From a virus, in IMG/VR virus record IMGVR_UViG_3300045988_114765, positions 1 through 64,000 of that record: DNA of 64,000 nt; one strand, written 5' to 3'. Positions 36,643 to 46,806 of this stretch are shown here, in pieces. Position 1 is the first letter of the stretch. Each line of letters opens with the position of its first letter. The position numbers and the translations under genes are program-made. The notes below the pieces were generated by a model that worked only from the letters and a program-made list of their open reading frames with translations, was not told the DNA's origin and ran no database searches.

Positions 36643-37200
36643 TCATATCGTAAAATTAAGTGTTTTTTCTAATATCAGATATTCAGTATGAACTTTACTT
36701 CCGCCATCATCTATCAAGTCCAAATTAATATAAGCTGTATATGATACATGATGATCACCAGGAGTAAGACGTTTCATTTCTGATAAGAACATAGAATTTA
36801 AACCTTGGCCAGACCATGATTCTGGATATGGCAAAGGTGTAAAGTCGGCATCTGTACATCTTATAGCCCAAGTAAAATTAGGATCTGCCCTAACTATTCT
36901 ATCATGAGGTCCATCAATTACAAGATCTGACATCTCATATTGGTAACTATCATAATTAAGGACAATAGGATCACTAAAGTTTACACCGTATATAGCAGCA
37001 GGTGGAGTAAAGCTTGTTATTAAAAAGGTTCTATTAATCCTATTGGTTGTTCTTAGCGTAAACTCATCAGGTGCTATCACACTTACTCTAAATCCATAAT
37101 AAGGAGAGGTTGTTAAAGCAATAGCAAGAACCACCGAATCCTGTTCAAGCAATTCCTCTGTCGTATCAACCTGACTATCGATCTCTTGCCTATCTTCCAT
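36643..37200 (-). CDS. hypothetical protein, 185 aa as annotated; the frame stays open upstream through a C9/G9 tract to 37320
   Basis: ORF; a one-base change in the G-run would fuse it to ATG 37308. Confidence 0.5.
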   Translation of the reverse strand: MEDRQEIDSQVDTTEELLEQDSVVLAIALTTSPYYGFRVSVIAPDEFTLRTTNRINRTFLITSFTPPAAIYGVNFSDPIVLNYDSYQYEMSDLVIDGPHDRIVRADPNFTWAIRCTDADFTPLPYPESWSGQGLNSMFLSEMKRLTPGDHHVSYTAYINLDLIDDGGSKVHTEYLILEKTLNFTI

Positions 37201-37307
37201 TGGAACACCGCCTTGGACACTTATGGAATCCAGCCGTTCTTTTTTAGACAGAAAGATAAATTGCCCGCCCTGTGGAATGGTGCCTACTTTCTTTCCTTCT
37301 ACGATTA

Positions 37308-37316
37308 CCCCCCCCC
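37308..37316 (-). repeat. G9 homopolymer (C9 on the plus strand) immediately after an ATG; frame-determining tract
   Basis: ATGGGGGGGGGTAATCG on the minus strand. Confidence 0.8.
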
Positions 37317-37555
37317 ATCCCTATTTGAAATCTTCGTCTCATGATTTTTGTTTGCAAGATAGCAATAATTGACAACATAAAAGAAACCGGTTCTCTATCA
37401 TCTCTGACTGAGAACCGGTAAGAAAACAATTTAAGAAAAAATTAAACCTACATAATCTTTCAAGTAAGAACAAAAAACGTACAATCTACTCTTTGACGAT
37501 GCTAATATAACATATTGGAATCATACAAAAACAATGCAAGTCCGATATTCTTCGT

Positions 37556-40500
37556 CTATTTGTAACTAACGTCATCGTCTCCTTCCGAATCAGGAGTAGC
37601 GCCGATGAAGAACATCATTGACTTGTTGTTTGTCTGCTGCCACCAATTATAGGCGCGCGCTACGTCTTCCGGCGTCTTGATATTATACCATTGTTTGATA
37701 AACGTCTGTTTGGCAAGTTGCCTAAATAACTTAGACTCTCCTTTGTATGTGCCGGATGTTACTTTATCAAGTGAGTAATTCCTAAGATCAGTAAGATCCT
37801 TCAACTTCCGCCCCATGACAAACGGGTCGTTAATGATATCTACAACGTTAAGCTCCATAATAAACGGCATCTGTGAAGCTATTTCGTTTATGGTTCTGAA
37901 TCCGACATAGGATCCAAATTGAGTAAGCCAACTTTCTTCGTTTTCATCATCATCACGCCATCCGGCAAGAAGCATGGATACGGCTTGCATGATAAGGAAC
38001 GTGCCGGCATAGACACTGAGACGTTTTATATTGGTTTTCTCTACCTCATTCATATTGTCTTTATTTTCGTTCCAGGCATCTATGATGTTTTTCATACCAG
38101 ACTCGGAAGCTAAGCTAAATGTTTTGGCTATCATATTCTTTAACGTAATTGACAGTCCTTCCTCTTCTTGCATTGTCTGGAAATTGAAGCCACGTCTTTT
38201 CCACAGACGTTGAGCCGCCAGCACCAACCATCCTCGGTGGGCGGTCATGAACCTGGCTATCCAGTTGCGCGATGCGGCAGTTCGGTTTTCTTCATTCAAA
38301 GATCCGCTACATATCTGCGACAAGCTACGAACTTGATTTCTGGTTATAGCCATCTGGGTTTCAACTTCCTCAACAGTAACACCCGATCCGGGCTTTACAA
38401 CCACCTTCCCATCCACGACATCTACCATACTCCATAAAGTACGATCTTTTAATGCATTCCATTCTCTTTTTATGGTACTCTGTTCTTTATTGCGTTCTTT
38501 TTCCATCTTGAAATCTTGGAACGTGTAGAACCGACCTTTGTAATAACGAACATTGTCCATAGTAGCAATCATAACCTGCGGATCAAGAGGGTAGTTCAGG
38601 ATTTCCATAAAAGCATACATAGGTGAACGCATTAAGGTCCTGGCCGCTCTATTGTATCCGGCACCATACATTCTGTTTCGTATGTTGAAAATCCCCATTC
38701 TCTCACCTATGACATATAATTTGCTTTTCCTATCTATGTCTCCGGTTTCTGCTATACAAGATGGCGCAAGACGTGAAAACTCAGCCGATGCGTATTTAAG
38801 GGAATCTTTGCTTATATACTGTCCTACGGCAGATTCCATGATGAGGTTAATATGACCTGTTAAGGCGCCAGTAGCTGCCACAAACGGGGACAGCGCCAGG
38901 TTCATGACCGACATAAATCTTTCAACGGCCATCATTATCCTGGTAAGGTCTACTGTGTACCCACCGATGTTTACCGTCAGTTTCTTGGTGTTCATCCTAA
39001 TGCCATAATAATGATCGTTGAAGAAGTCCCTGAACATCTGATATGCTTGGGTTGCTTCAGCCTTCTTACCGCCTTCAAATTGTTTGTTCAGCAACATCTG
39101 CTCCAGTCCTTGGGCAAGCTCTATAGACTTCTGCTTTTCGTTGTATAACGATGACTGCATCATAAGCATCGAATAAGAGTAGCCAAAATCGTGAGATACA
39201 TCATCTTGGTTCTCCAATTCATATATGTAGTATTTAGGTATAGATCTAAGTCTGTCTTCCGGATCATATACTTCCCCTTGCCTGGTTTTACCGTATAGAG
39301 AATCGTCTACTCTATCCAGGCACAGATCTGATACAAAATTACGAACCGTATTTTTGAAGTTAATACCCAATCCTTCTACACGTTCTATGTCTTGTTTGGA
39401 TATCTGTGGAATAGCATACAGGTTCGGACTCTGCTCTTTGTATAGATCAAGGGATTGTCTTTTTATTTCCTTGAGTTTTTGAATCATATTCCACTGCTCT
39501 ACGTTTTTAGTAGCAACTTCATTACCGTCAGCATCATACTTGATACCAAAGTCATTGAAATACGATTCATCACGATACAGGCTTTTCTTAGGCATTCGAT
39601 GACCATACCCATGATCTTTTACAAAATCAGGATTACGGCCGCTATTTTCGGCTTCAGATTCAGCCACCCATGCCCTTGCAGGGTCGAAAGACAAGTACGA
39701 TATGTCCATGCCATAATCTTGGGTGGATGTACCGTTTTGTACGTCCTTAACCATTTGCGCCACATCTATCTCACCTCGACCGATTTTGTCGATCATAGCT
39801 GCATATCCGGTAGGCGCCATGCGTTTATAGTACGAAAAAACCTGGCTTCTGGCAAATTCATTAACAATAGCATTGGTCTCTTCTATGCCCTCTTCTCTTG
39901 TATTATTTAAAAACAAGCTGGCCATCTTAGCATTAACAGCATTCCTAAAATCTCTACCGTCTAATTCCTTGCTTATACCAAGCTTTTCTGACAGGTAGTT
40001 GGTTTCAGATACGGTAAACAGATATCGGTTATCAGCAGCCTTAAATAGCTTATCCCTTAAAGCCTGAATCCTTTTTGCTTTCTTCGCCGTAGTATGACGT
40101 TGTACGAACTTCCATTCCACTTCCTTGGAGTCAGCAAGAGCATTTAAATAAGACTGATTGACTTCGTTTTCAGCTTTACTGCTTTTAGTAAGGTATTTAT
40201 CAATATCTTCAAGACCCACCATCTTAGCATAATCTATTAAGATAGCGTAATCGGTTTCAATAGCTTCAGATGCGGCCCTAAAAGCATCTCTTTCGGATGA
40301 GGTAAATGTCGCTTCGTTAATTTCTCCGATATCAGCCACATCGCGATTGTTTCCGATTATTTCCTTGATAATGGCCTTATTTTTTTCTATATCTTTTACA
40401 ACAGAATCCACGTCAGTCGCATCTCTATCACTTATCGTAGAACTAATGATATCATGCGCCATTTTGAGATACGAAGCCTTGTTATTTGATTCGGTACGTG

Positions 40501-43500
40501 CCGACTGTTCCGATTCTACATCATTCCAAAACCGATCATTAAATGACAGGTGACCTCCCAACATAAGTGTCTTCAGCGCAGCTTCTCCTCCCGACTCGTT
40601 CTGAATCGTTCTCAATTTTTGCAAAAACGATTCTGATACGGCATTAGTAACATTATTTGATTCCTTTCTCCAAACTTCATTTATAGCTTGTATTTCTTTG
40701 GCCATCTTAAGTTGGTCGCCGGTTTTTTCCACTCTCCTGGTTCCTACATATATGTATTCTGAAGCTGCTTCCTTACGTTGTTTACGAAGCAGTCCTTCTT
40801 CTTCGTAATTGCTGCTTTTAAAATAGGCAACTTCATCAAAATTACCACCGCTATCAATAAAAGGCTGCCTCAATATCCGTTTTTGCCTGGATAGAGCATT
40901 AAGGTATTCTTTGGTTGTTTGAGAAACCGGATGCCCTAATTCTTCTTCAGCCTTTTTGTATATGGATTCCATTCTTGTGGCATAACTTTCGCTAAATTCC
41001 AGTTCCGAATTTTCAGCATCCCACTTTTCCATCTGTTCCGTATAGATCTTTTCCTGCTCGATGGTAAAAATATCGGTATTAACCCTATCAGACGATGGCT
41101 TAAATTTAGCGTTTTCAGTAACCGTATTTCCATCCTTGTCAACTACTTCTCTTTTAAATACGTAATTACGGTTATTGTCAACCACATCACCAATTTCTTC
41201 TTCTGATATCTCTATGTTCATGGCAGTCGCAAACGCTCGCATCTGCGCCAGCTTCTTATTACGATCGTATTTAGCCATATCAAGAGCACTACGAAGGTAA
41301 TTGGAAGTTTTGCCGTCTACTTTCTGAAGCAGTTTTTCAAATTCAGATTTGTTAAAACCATGCTTTTTAGCATATGCCAGGAAGTCGGATATGGCGGGCT
41401 GGGCATTCACCATCGCATTGTAATTGTCTTTGGCAATCATAGCTCCAAGAGCGTTATTGAACGGACTGGAAGAATGCTCTAATATACCGAACCACCTACT
41501 TATCCAAGAGACATCATGTTGAACTTTGTCAAAAAATTCTTTTACTCTCTTTACCTTATCTGCCGGCACATGAAGTTCGTTCATTAACTTATCAAGCAAC
41601 GTACTTTCATCAAGGTCTTGTACTGATTTAATATCAGATTGAATACCATTAATGTCGGCAATGACGGTATTGATCCTATTTGTATAATCCTGCTTTTCAC
41701 GTTCATCAAATTCGGTACTTCTGTTACGGATATATCCTCGAAGATCGTTCATGATCGGAAGAACCTGATTGTTGATAATATCTACGTTCTTTCGATCATT
41801 GGTATTGAAGTGAAGCTTACCGTCTTTGGTATCACCATGAAGGATGGTGTTTACCACATTGCTTAAGTATCTGACCTGGGCTTCGGCTGTGGAGATCATG
41901 CTGTTCATGGCAGCCGCCATCTCATTCTTGTCTATTTCGGTCTCTACTTTATTTATCTTATCTTCTATGGTCTTAAGCTGCTCAAGGGTCATAGACGTAG
42001 TTACAGCCCTATCAGAGCTTATCTGACGTAAGTCTCTTAATGTTTTTCTTAGTGATCTGATCTTAGACTCAAGAAACTTGTTCTTGTTCATAGAAGAAAG
42101 GGAGTATAATGTAAAGTCATTATCCTTTAACAGAGAGGTGTCAAATCCTTTATCTATGTCAGTAATGGCAAGATCACGAATGTTTTTAATAACGTTATTC
42201 AAATCTTGTCTTTGGGTTGATAAAGCTGATTTAAGCCAGCTTACTATTCCAGAGAGAAGCTGCCGGACGCGCCCCAGGAAGGAGGTGGGCTCTACCGGCG
42301 CCTGCGCTGTGCCGGTCTGCATCTCCCTGGCGAGGATCTTTCCAAGAATTTCCCTCCTAACAGCATTATCAAGCTCGGCTCCTTCATATACTTTACCGTA
42401 TGTATTATAATACTGACCTGCATACTGGTTCCACTCTTCTGTGCCTTCTACATCTTGCAGAACAGCCTCAACAGCATTCTGATCTCTGTATGCCTCTACA
42501 AGGAAGTGGGCTGTTTCTTCTACTAAATCAGATAAAGTAGCATCTTCACCAACTGCTATTACGTTATTGGCAATATCCGCCAATGCCTTAGCAGAAGGTT
42601 CATGCCCGTATTTGGTTTGGTACTTCTCTATATAATCGGTCATACCTATGACACTAACGCCAAGCGTTTTCAGTATCTCGACAATAGAATTTCGTTGATC
42701 ACGTTCCTGCCTGCTATAATCTGATACGATCTTAGCTTTAGTATCAGCATAAAGATCGTTGTCTTCTAATATGAATGAAACTACAAGCGCATCAAAATGA
42801 TCGTACTTGGCGTCCAATTCATTGTATCTTCCTGACTTGAGATCGTTCTTTATCTGCTCTTTGCTAACCCTTTCCGTTCCTCCGGTGGCGAGCCTCATAG
42901 TTACCTTACTATTATCCAACGAGCTTATGGTTATCATACCCTGGTCGTTCATGGAAACATCTGAACCAAAATGATTACGGAGCTCGGTGTAGGATAAGGC
43001 TGAATTGAAAAGTCTAATTTGTCCTGTATGACCTTCTCCTGCAAGATAATAGCTTCTTGTTTCAGGATCGAATATCTTAGATCCGGACAAAAGACCTTTC
43101 TTTATAAGGTAGTTAATTATACCACCTTTTGTTGATAAAGAAGTAGAAGCAGAAGCGGTCATGACCGGTATAAAAGACTTGGGATTATTAAGAACATACT
43201 TTCCAGCTTTGTAAGTAATGTCTGCCACGCCATCCACGGCAGATTCTTGAACGGTGCCGGATAAGAATCCTATTCTAATATCATTCCCTCCAGAGCGAAG
43301 AGCTTCTCCGTAATCTTCAAATAATTGACTACGATCGTTCATGAAAAACAAACGAGGCTCTCCGGTCTGATACGTTACACCCACAGGATTAGAATCTGTC
43401 TGTGGTAACTCTTCTGGGCTAAATATCTTAAGACCGTCTTTTATAACCATATAATTAACACCCTTATCCTGTACCATAGATACGGGAGTAAAGTCCGAAG

Positions 43501-43978
43501 ATATAGCATCTTGTAGATACTGCCCGGCGTCTATTCCAGGTCCTTCCGGTACGGAAATGCTTGACGTAACCATAGCATCCACCAACATAATATTATCACC
43601 CAGATTTTGGCTGTAGAATCCAAAGCCCGATTCTTGGATTTCATAAGGTGCATCTGATTTTGACACAAGAACAGGGTTACTCATCTTAGACGCCTTATCC
43701 AGCACCCTTTCTCTATAGGCTTCTGGGATAAGGTCGATGTTAGATTTTACCTTATTATAAGCCTGTTTATTAACAGGTACATTCCTTCTCCAGTCACCAA
43801 AAGCCTTTAAGAACTTATTAGAAAATACGGTTTTAAAAACAGTAGTAGCCCGTTCCCTATTCTCCATAAGAGGAATAGATGCTATTTTATCAAACAACAT
43901 AGACCTATCCCCTGATCTGGTAGAGACAGAAACAACTTTCTTTTTATTATCTCTTTTAATAATACACGTTGATGTCAT
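37556..43978 (-). CDS. giant virion-associated protein (2140 aa), function unknown
   Basis: 6.4-kb uninterrupted ORF at the end of the minus-strand block. Confidence 0.85.
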   Translation of the reverse strand: MTSTCIIKRDNKKKVVSVSTRSGDRSMLFDKIASIPLMENRERATTVFKTVFSNKFLKAFGDWRRNVPVNKQAYNKVKSNIDLIPEAYRERVLDKASKMSNPVLVSKSDAPYEIQESGFGFYSQNLGDNIMLVDAMVTSSISVPEGPGIDAGQYLQDAISSDFTPVSMVQDKGVNYMVIKDGLKIFSPEELPQTDSNPVGVTYQTGEPRLFFMNDRSQLFEDYGEALRSGGNDIRIGFLSGTVQESAVDGVADITYKAGKYVLNNPKSFIPVMTASASTSLSTKGGIINYLIKKGLLSGSKIFDPETRSYYLAGEGHTGQIRLFNSALSYTELRNHFGSDVSMNDQGMITISSLDNSKVTMRLATGGTERVSKEQIKNDLKSGRYNELDAKYDHFDALVVSFILEDNDLYADTKAKIVSDYSRQERDQRNSIVEILKTLGVSVIGMTDYIEKYQTKYGHEPSAKALADIANNVIAVGEDATLSDLVEETAHFLVEAYRDQNAVEAVLQDVEGTEEWNQYAGQYYNTYGKVYEGAELDNAVRREILGKILAREMQTGTAQAPVEPTSFLGRVRQLLSGIVSWLKSALSTQRQDLNNVIKNIRDLAITDIDKGFDTSLLKDNDFTLYSLSSMNKNKFLESKIRSLRKTLRDLRQISSDRAVTTSMTLEQLKTIEDKINKVETEIDKNEMAAAMNSMISTAEAQVRYLSNVVNTILHGDTKDGKLHFNTNDRKNVDIINNQVLPIMNDLRGYIRNRSTEFDEREKQDYTNRINTVIADINGIQSDIKSVQDLDESTLLDKLMNELHVPADKVKRVKEFFDKVQHDVSWISRWFGILEHSSSPFNNALGAMIAKDNYNAMVNAQPAISDFLAYAKKHGFNKSEFEKLLQKVDGKTSNYLRSALDMAKYDRNKKLAQMRAFATAMNIEISEEEIGDVVDNNRNYVFKREVVDKDGNTVTENAKFKPSSDRVNTDIFTIEQEKIYTEQMEKWDAENSELEFSESYATRMESIYKKAEEELGHPVSQTTKEYLNALSRQKRILRQPFIDSGGNFDEVAYFKSSNYEEEGLLRKQRKEAASEYIYVGTRRVEKTGDQLKMAKEIQAINEVWRKESNNVTNAVSESFLQKLRTIQNESGGEAALKTLMLGGHLSFNDRFWNDVESEQSARTESNNKASYLKMAHDIISSTISDRDATDVDSVVKDIEKNKAIIKEIIGNNRDVADIGEINEATFTSSERDAFRAASEAIETDYAILIDYAKMVGLEDIDKYLTKSSKAENEVNQSYLNALADSKEVEWKFVQRHTTAKKAKRIQALRDKLFKAADNRYLFTVSETNYLSEKLGISKELDGRDFRNAVNAKMASLFLNNTREEGIEETNAIVNEFARSQVFSYYKRMAPTGYAAMIDKIGRGEIDVAQMVKDVQNGTSTQDYGMDISYLSFDPARAWVAESEAENSGRNPDFVKDHGYGHRMPKKSLYRDESYFNDFGIKYDADGNEVATKNVEQWNMIQKLKEIKRQSLDLYKEQSPNLYAIPQISKQDIERVEGLGINFKNTVRNFVSDLCLDRVDDSLYGKTRQGEVYDPEDRLRSIPKYYIYELENQDDVSHDFGYSYSMLMMQSSLYNEKQKSIELAQGLEQMLLNKQFEGGKKAEATQAYQMFRDFFNDHYYGIRMNTKKLTVNIGGYTVDLTRIMMAVERFMSVMNLALSPFVAATGALTGHINLIMESAVGQYISKDSLKYASAEFSRLAPSCIAETGDIDRKSKLYVIGERMGIFNIRNRMYGAGYNRAARTLMRSPMYAFMEILNYPLDPQVMIATMDNVRYYKGRFYTFQDFKMEKERNKEQSTIKREWNALKDRTLWSMVDVVDGKVVVKPGSGVTVEEVETQMAITRNQVRSLSQICSGSLNEENRTAASRNWIARFMTAHRGWLVLAAQRLWKRRGFNFQTMQEEEGLSITLKNMIAKTFSLASESGMKNIIDAWNENKDNMNEVEKTNIKRLSVYAGTFLIMQAVSMLLAGWRDDDENEESWLTQFGSYVGFRTINEIASQMPFIMELNVVDIINDPFVMGRKLKDLTDLRNYSLDKVTSGTYKGESKLFRQLAKQTFIKQWYNIKTPEDVARAYNWWQQTNNKSMMFFIGATPDSEGDDDVSYK

Positions 43979-44119
43979 AGTAAAACATTTTTGTTATGAA
44001 ACAAAGGTAGTTAAAAATCAAGCATATCATAGAAAATAAAGCCATCTAACTTCTCAGTCTGATGGCTTAAAAATAATATGAAAAAAAATATAATCTGACG
44101 AAAAATCGTCAAGTTCAGC

Positions 44120-44443
44120 TTATATGTAATGCATGTACCCATCTCGGTGTATAAACCTTCCCGATTCAAAGCGCTCAATATCTTCAGGGCAAATAGGGCC
44201 CGAATCCTCTCTCCTGGCTTCAAACCAAAGCCCCGGCTTACGAAGTCGGCAAGTTATGATATAATTGAAGCAATTGTGCGTAAAATGGAAAACAGATCCT
44301 ACAGGGAAATACCTATCAGCTTGAAATACGATTCTTTTTCGTTTAGTATCAAACGTGATATCTCCTACTATCTTAGCCACGTAATAGCTTCTGCCATTTA
44401 ACGTTTCATCTGTTTGTGGTATCCAATAATAACCTCTTGCCAT
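44120..44443 (-). CDS. hypothetical protein, 107 aa (start moved to MARGYYW, downstream of the terminator)
   Basis: ORF only. Confidence 0.45.
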   Translation of the reverse strand: MARGYYWIPQTDETLNGRSYYVAKIVGDITFDTKRKRIVFQADRYFPVGSVFHFTHNCFNYIITCRLRKPGLWFEARREDSGPICPEDIERFESGRFIHRDGYMHYI

Positions 44444-44452
44444 GCCACAAAT

Positions 44453-44488
44453 ATATAAAAAAAGTCGGACAAGACACATGTCCGACTT
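44453..44488 (-). terminator. rho-independent terminator (AAGTCGGACA-loop-TGTCCGACTT + TTTTTTTATATATTT on the minus strand)
   Basis: 10-bp stem plus a T7 run. Confidence 0.65.
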
Positions 44489-44492
44489 TATA

Positions 44493-44663
44493 TTACTTTG
44501 ATTCATTTTCAAACCGCTTTATAAGAGAAGCAATATCATCACCACAAACAAACATCATTCGACGTTCTTCTTTTGGTTTATGAGACACTGGGATGGTTTT
44601 GTTTATCTTAATCTGATTCGCCAGACCTCTGCCTAAACGAATATCAACTTTTTTACCTTTCAT
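44493..44663 (-). CDS. hypothetical small basic protein, 56 aa (MKGKKVDIRLGRGL...)
   Basis: Below the ORF-track cutoff; its start overlaps the stop of the upstream gene; the terminator follows it. Confidence 0.35.
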   Translation of the reverse strand: MKGKKVDIRLGRGLANQIKINKTIPVSHKPKEERRMMFVCGDDIASLIKRFENESK

Positions 44664-44970
44664 GAATTATTTGTTTAAACAGACCAATTCCATCTATTAT
44701 AATATGACCGCTTTGCATACGACCATTATTAGGATTATGTAGAAAATTGAAACCACTTTCTTTTTCCTGTCTTTCAAAAGAACTGATATCCTTTCCTCTA
44801 CGGGCTCTTTCAAAAGCTTTCTTGAACAACTTGCCTCTAAAGGTCTTGACGAGGATCTTGGTAGCGTTATTGCCGGCTTTTACCATTGCTTTCCTTGCCT
44901 GGTCCTCCGAGACAAAACTGCTTCGGAAAATATACGATGCTGCTGCTTGTATGTCCTGCTTGGTAATCAT
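44653..44970 (-). CDS. hypothetical protein, 105 aa
   Basis: ORF only. Confidence 0.5.
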   Translation of the reverse strand: MITKQDIQAAASYIFRSSFVSEDQARKAMVKAGNNATKILVKTFRGKLFKKAFERARRGKDISSFERQEKESGFNFLHNPNNGRMQSGHIIIDGIGLFKQIIHER

Positions 44971-45317
44971 ATGATAAACATTTCTTTCAGAATACTGATC
45001 TTTATTCCGTATATCAATTTCATCTCATCTCTATCATATACGTCAAAAAAGGATTCACTGGGGTCCTTTGGATTTACGTTCAATTGAATTATGCAATTAC
45101 CGGTATAAACCTTAATTCCGTAATTATCAGAGTATATATCCTGCATAGTCTCAAATGTCTTAATTAAATTTTCAACAAGTACTCTGTTAAATGAAAAAGA
45201 TTCTTTACCATCACCTTTAAATGTGATATGATCTAAATCCCTGTTGTCAAATTCATACTTTAATTGATTGCCGTCCATCATATCATAAGATATTGACTTT
45301 CTGATTATAAATCCCAT
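44967..45317 (-). CDS. hypothetical protein, 116 aa
   Basis: ORF only. Confidence 0.5.
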   Translation of the reverse strand: MGFIIRKSISYDMMDGNQLKYEFDNRDLDHITFKGDGKESFSFNRVLVENLIKTFETMQDIYSDNYGIKVYTGNCIIQLNVNPKDPSESFFDVYDRDEMKLIYGIKISILKEMFII

Positions 45318-45334
45318 ATTGTTTTATTTTTTAG

Positions 45335-45640
45335 TTAATATAGATCTTCTGAATACAATTGTTCTCTAATGGCATTCCTATCTACTACCATTTCCTGATT
45401 ATTGTTTCTAACAAGTTCAGATGCCTCCTCTCTTGTTAAAAACCGATTCTTGCTTGTCAAAAATCCTTGAACACTGCGGTTTTTATGGGCTATACCGTAT
45501 GCCGCAAGTTGAGATAGTATAGAGGGGTGTCTCAATCCACAGAACACGGTGCCGGATGGTATATTGGTGGGCTGATAGGGACGCTTCTTGCCGTCCTGCA
45601 CCCAGATGGCAGCGCATATCACGATTTCTTTATTGCACAT
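45335..45640 (-). CDS. hypothetical protein, 101 aa
   Basis: ORF only. Confidence 0.5.
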   Translation of the reverse strand: MCNKEIVICAAIWVQDGKKRPYQPTNIPSGTVFCGLRHPSILSQLAAYGIAHKNRSVQGFLTSKNRFLTREEASELVRNNNQEMVVDRNAIREQLYSEDLY

Positions 45641-45642
45641 GA

Positions 45643-45918
45643 CTATAAATTTAATATTCCGTTTTTACCAATATGTTTCTTTTCTTCTTCAGTAGGCCAT
45701 TCTTTCTTGAACTTACCATGCCACGTTCCAGGAACTACCACCACTTCGCCTCCCTTACTATATTCAATAGCGGCACATTCAGAACAAAGAGGCTTGCCTT
45801 CATATCCCTTTAGCGACTTATCGTAAATACGATTCTTACAAGGTCTTATAAGAGCCCAGTAATATGATGTGGCTGGATTATCTATACAGACACAATTTTT
45901 ACATACAAACAAGCTCAT
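45643..45918 (-). CDS. zinc-ribbon protein, 91 aa
   Basis: CxxCxC...C...CxxC. Confidence 0.5.
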   Translation of the reverse strand: MSLFVCKNCVCIDNPATSYYWALIRPCKNRIYDKSLKGYEGKPLCSECAAIEYSKGGEVVVVPGTWHGKFKKEWPTEEEKKHIGKNGILNL

Positions 45919-46694
45919 TCCGCAATCTCCCAGTCATTAGACATAATATCATGTTCGGTTGGATTCCAATTTGATGCTACTTTTTGACCTGTATCTATCA
46001 TCAATATATTTACGTCAAACATACAGATATACTTTTTACCCCAATCGATTCTTTTTATCTTACGACCTAATTTAAGCCGTTCTAAAGCCTGTTCGAATGT
46101 CATGCCACGACGAGGCAGTTTGAGATACTTTTTAAGTCTGTCGGCGGCTTCATCTGGTGTATGGCCATCGTATTCGAAAGCGGTTTCTCTTTCAGGAACA
46201 TCAAACAAATCCCAGTATTTGCTTTCATAGTGATTAGATACCTGACCGGTAGGTAGAATCGCCATCACAATAAACCAATCATCAGAACCGAAGCATTTTT
46301 CTCCGTCGCTGTGTCTCCTTGATTTGCAAACTTCAACCTGTCCGTTTCTGGCTAATAGATTAAAGAAGGCAGCGTTATACAACATGCAGTACCGATACAA
46401 TTCATTGAAAGTATGGTATCCATCAGAGACTTCTCCCACGTCTACAGGCTTCTTGTTTTGAATACTACCCAAAATCTTCTCTACATAGAGCTGTATTTTA
46501 TACAGACCCATTTCGGTGTGGCCGTATTTGTTCAAGATCTTATTGACATCGTATTGTATATTAAAATCTTTTTCAAATTCTACTTCAGGATGATTAGGAT
46601 AGCAGTAGTCCACTGATGCTTCTAACACAGACTTTATGTGTTCTATTATCCTCGCAACATCATCATGTTTAAAAAAAATGCTTAAATCTTTCAA
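45915..46694 (-). CDS. two-domain protein with an unknown N-terminal domain and a C-terminal DUF2829 (Tad2-like) domain, 259 aa
   Basis: C-terminal MTFEQALERLKLGRKIKRIDWGKKYICM matches the DUF2829 signature. Confidence 0.55.
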   Translation of the reverse strand: MKDLSIFFKHDDVARIIEHIKSVLEASVDYCYPNHPEVEFEKDFNIQYDVNKILNKYGHTEMGLYKIQLYVEKILGSIQNKKPVDVGEVSDGYHTFNELYRYCMLYNAAFFNLLARNGQVEVCKSRRHSDGEKCFGSDDWFIVMAILPTGQVSNHYESKYWDLFDVPERETAFEYDGHTPDEAADRLKKYLKLPRRGMTFEQALERLKLGRKIKRIDWGKKYICMFDVNILMIDTGQKVASNWNPTEHDIMSNDWEIAE

Positions 46695-46806
46695 CGAATT
46701 TAATATCTTCGTTGATTGCTGATTCGAACTCTTCTTTTGTCATCACTCTAATTACATCTTTTTTTTAAATCGTCTAATCCCATGATTTATTTTAAATTAG
46801 TTGTTA

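Noticed and set aside
37919-42410. Several 60-150-aa plus-strand ORFs inside the 2140-aa gene (and similar ones inside the 2213-aa and the truncated ≥983-aa gene)
   Set aside because: They are antisense shadows of very long, well-supported ORFs.
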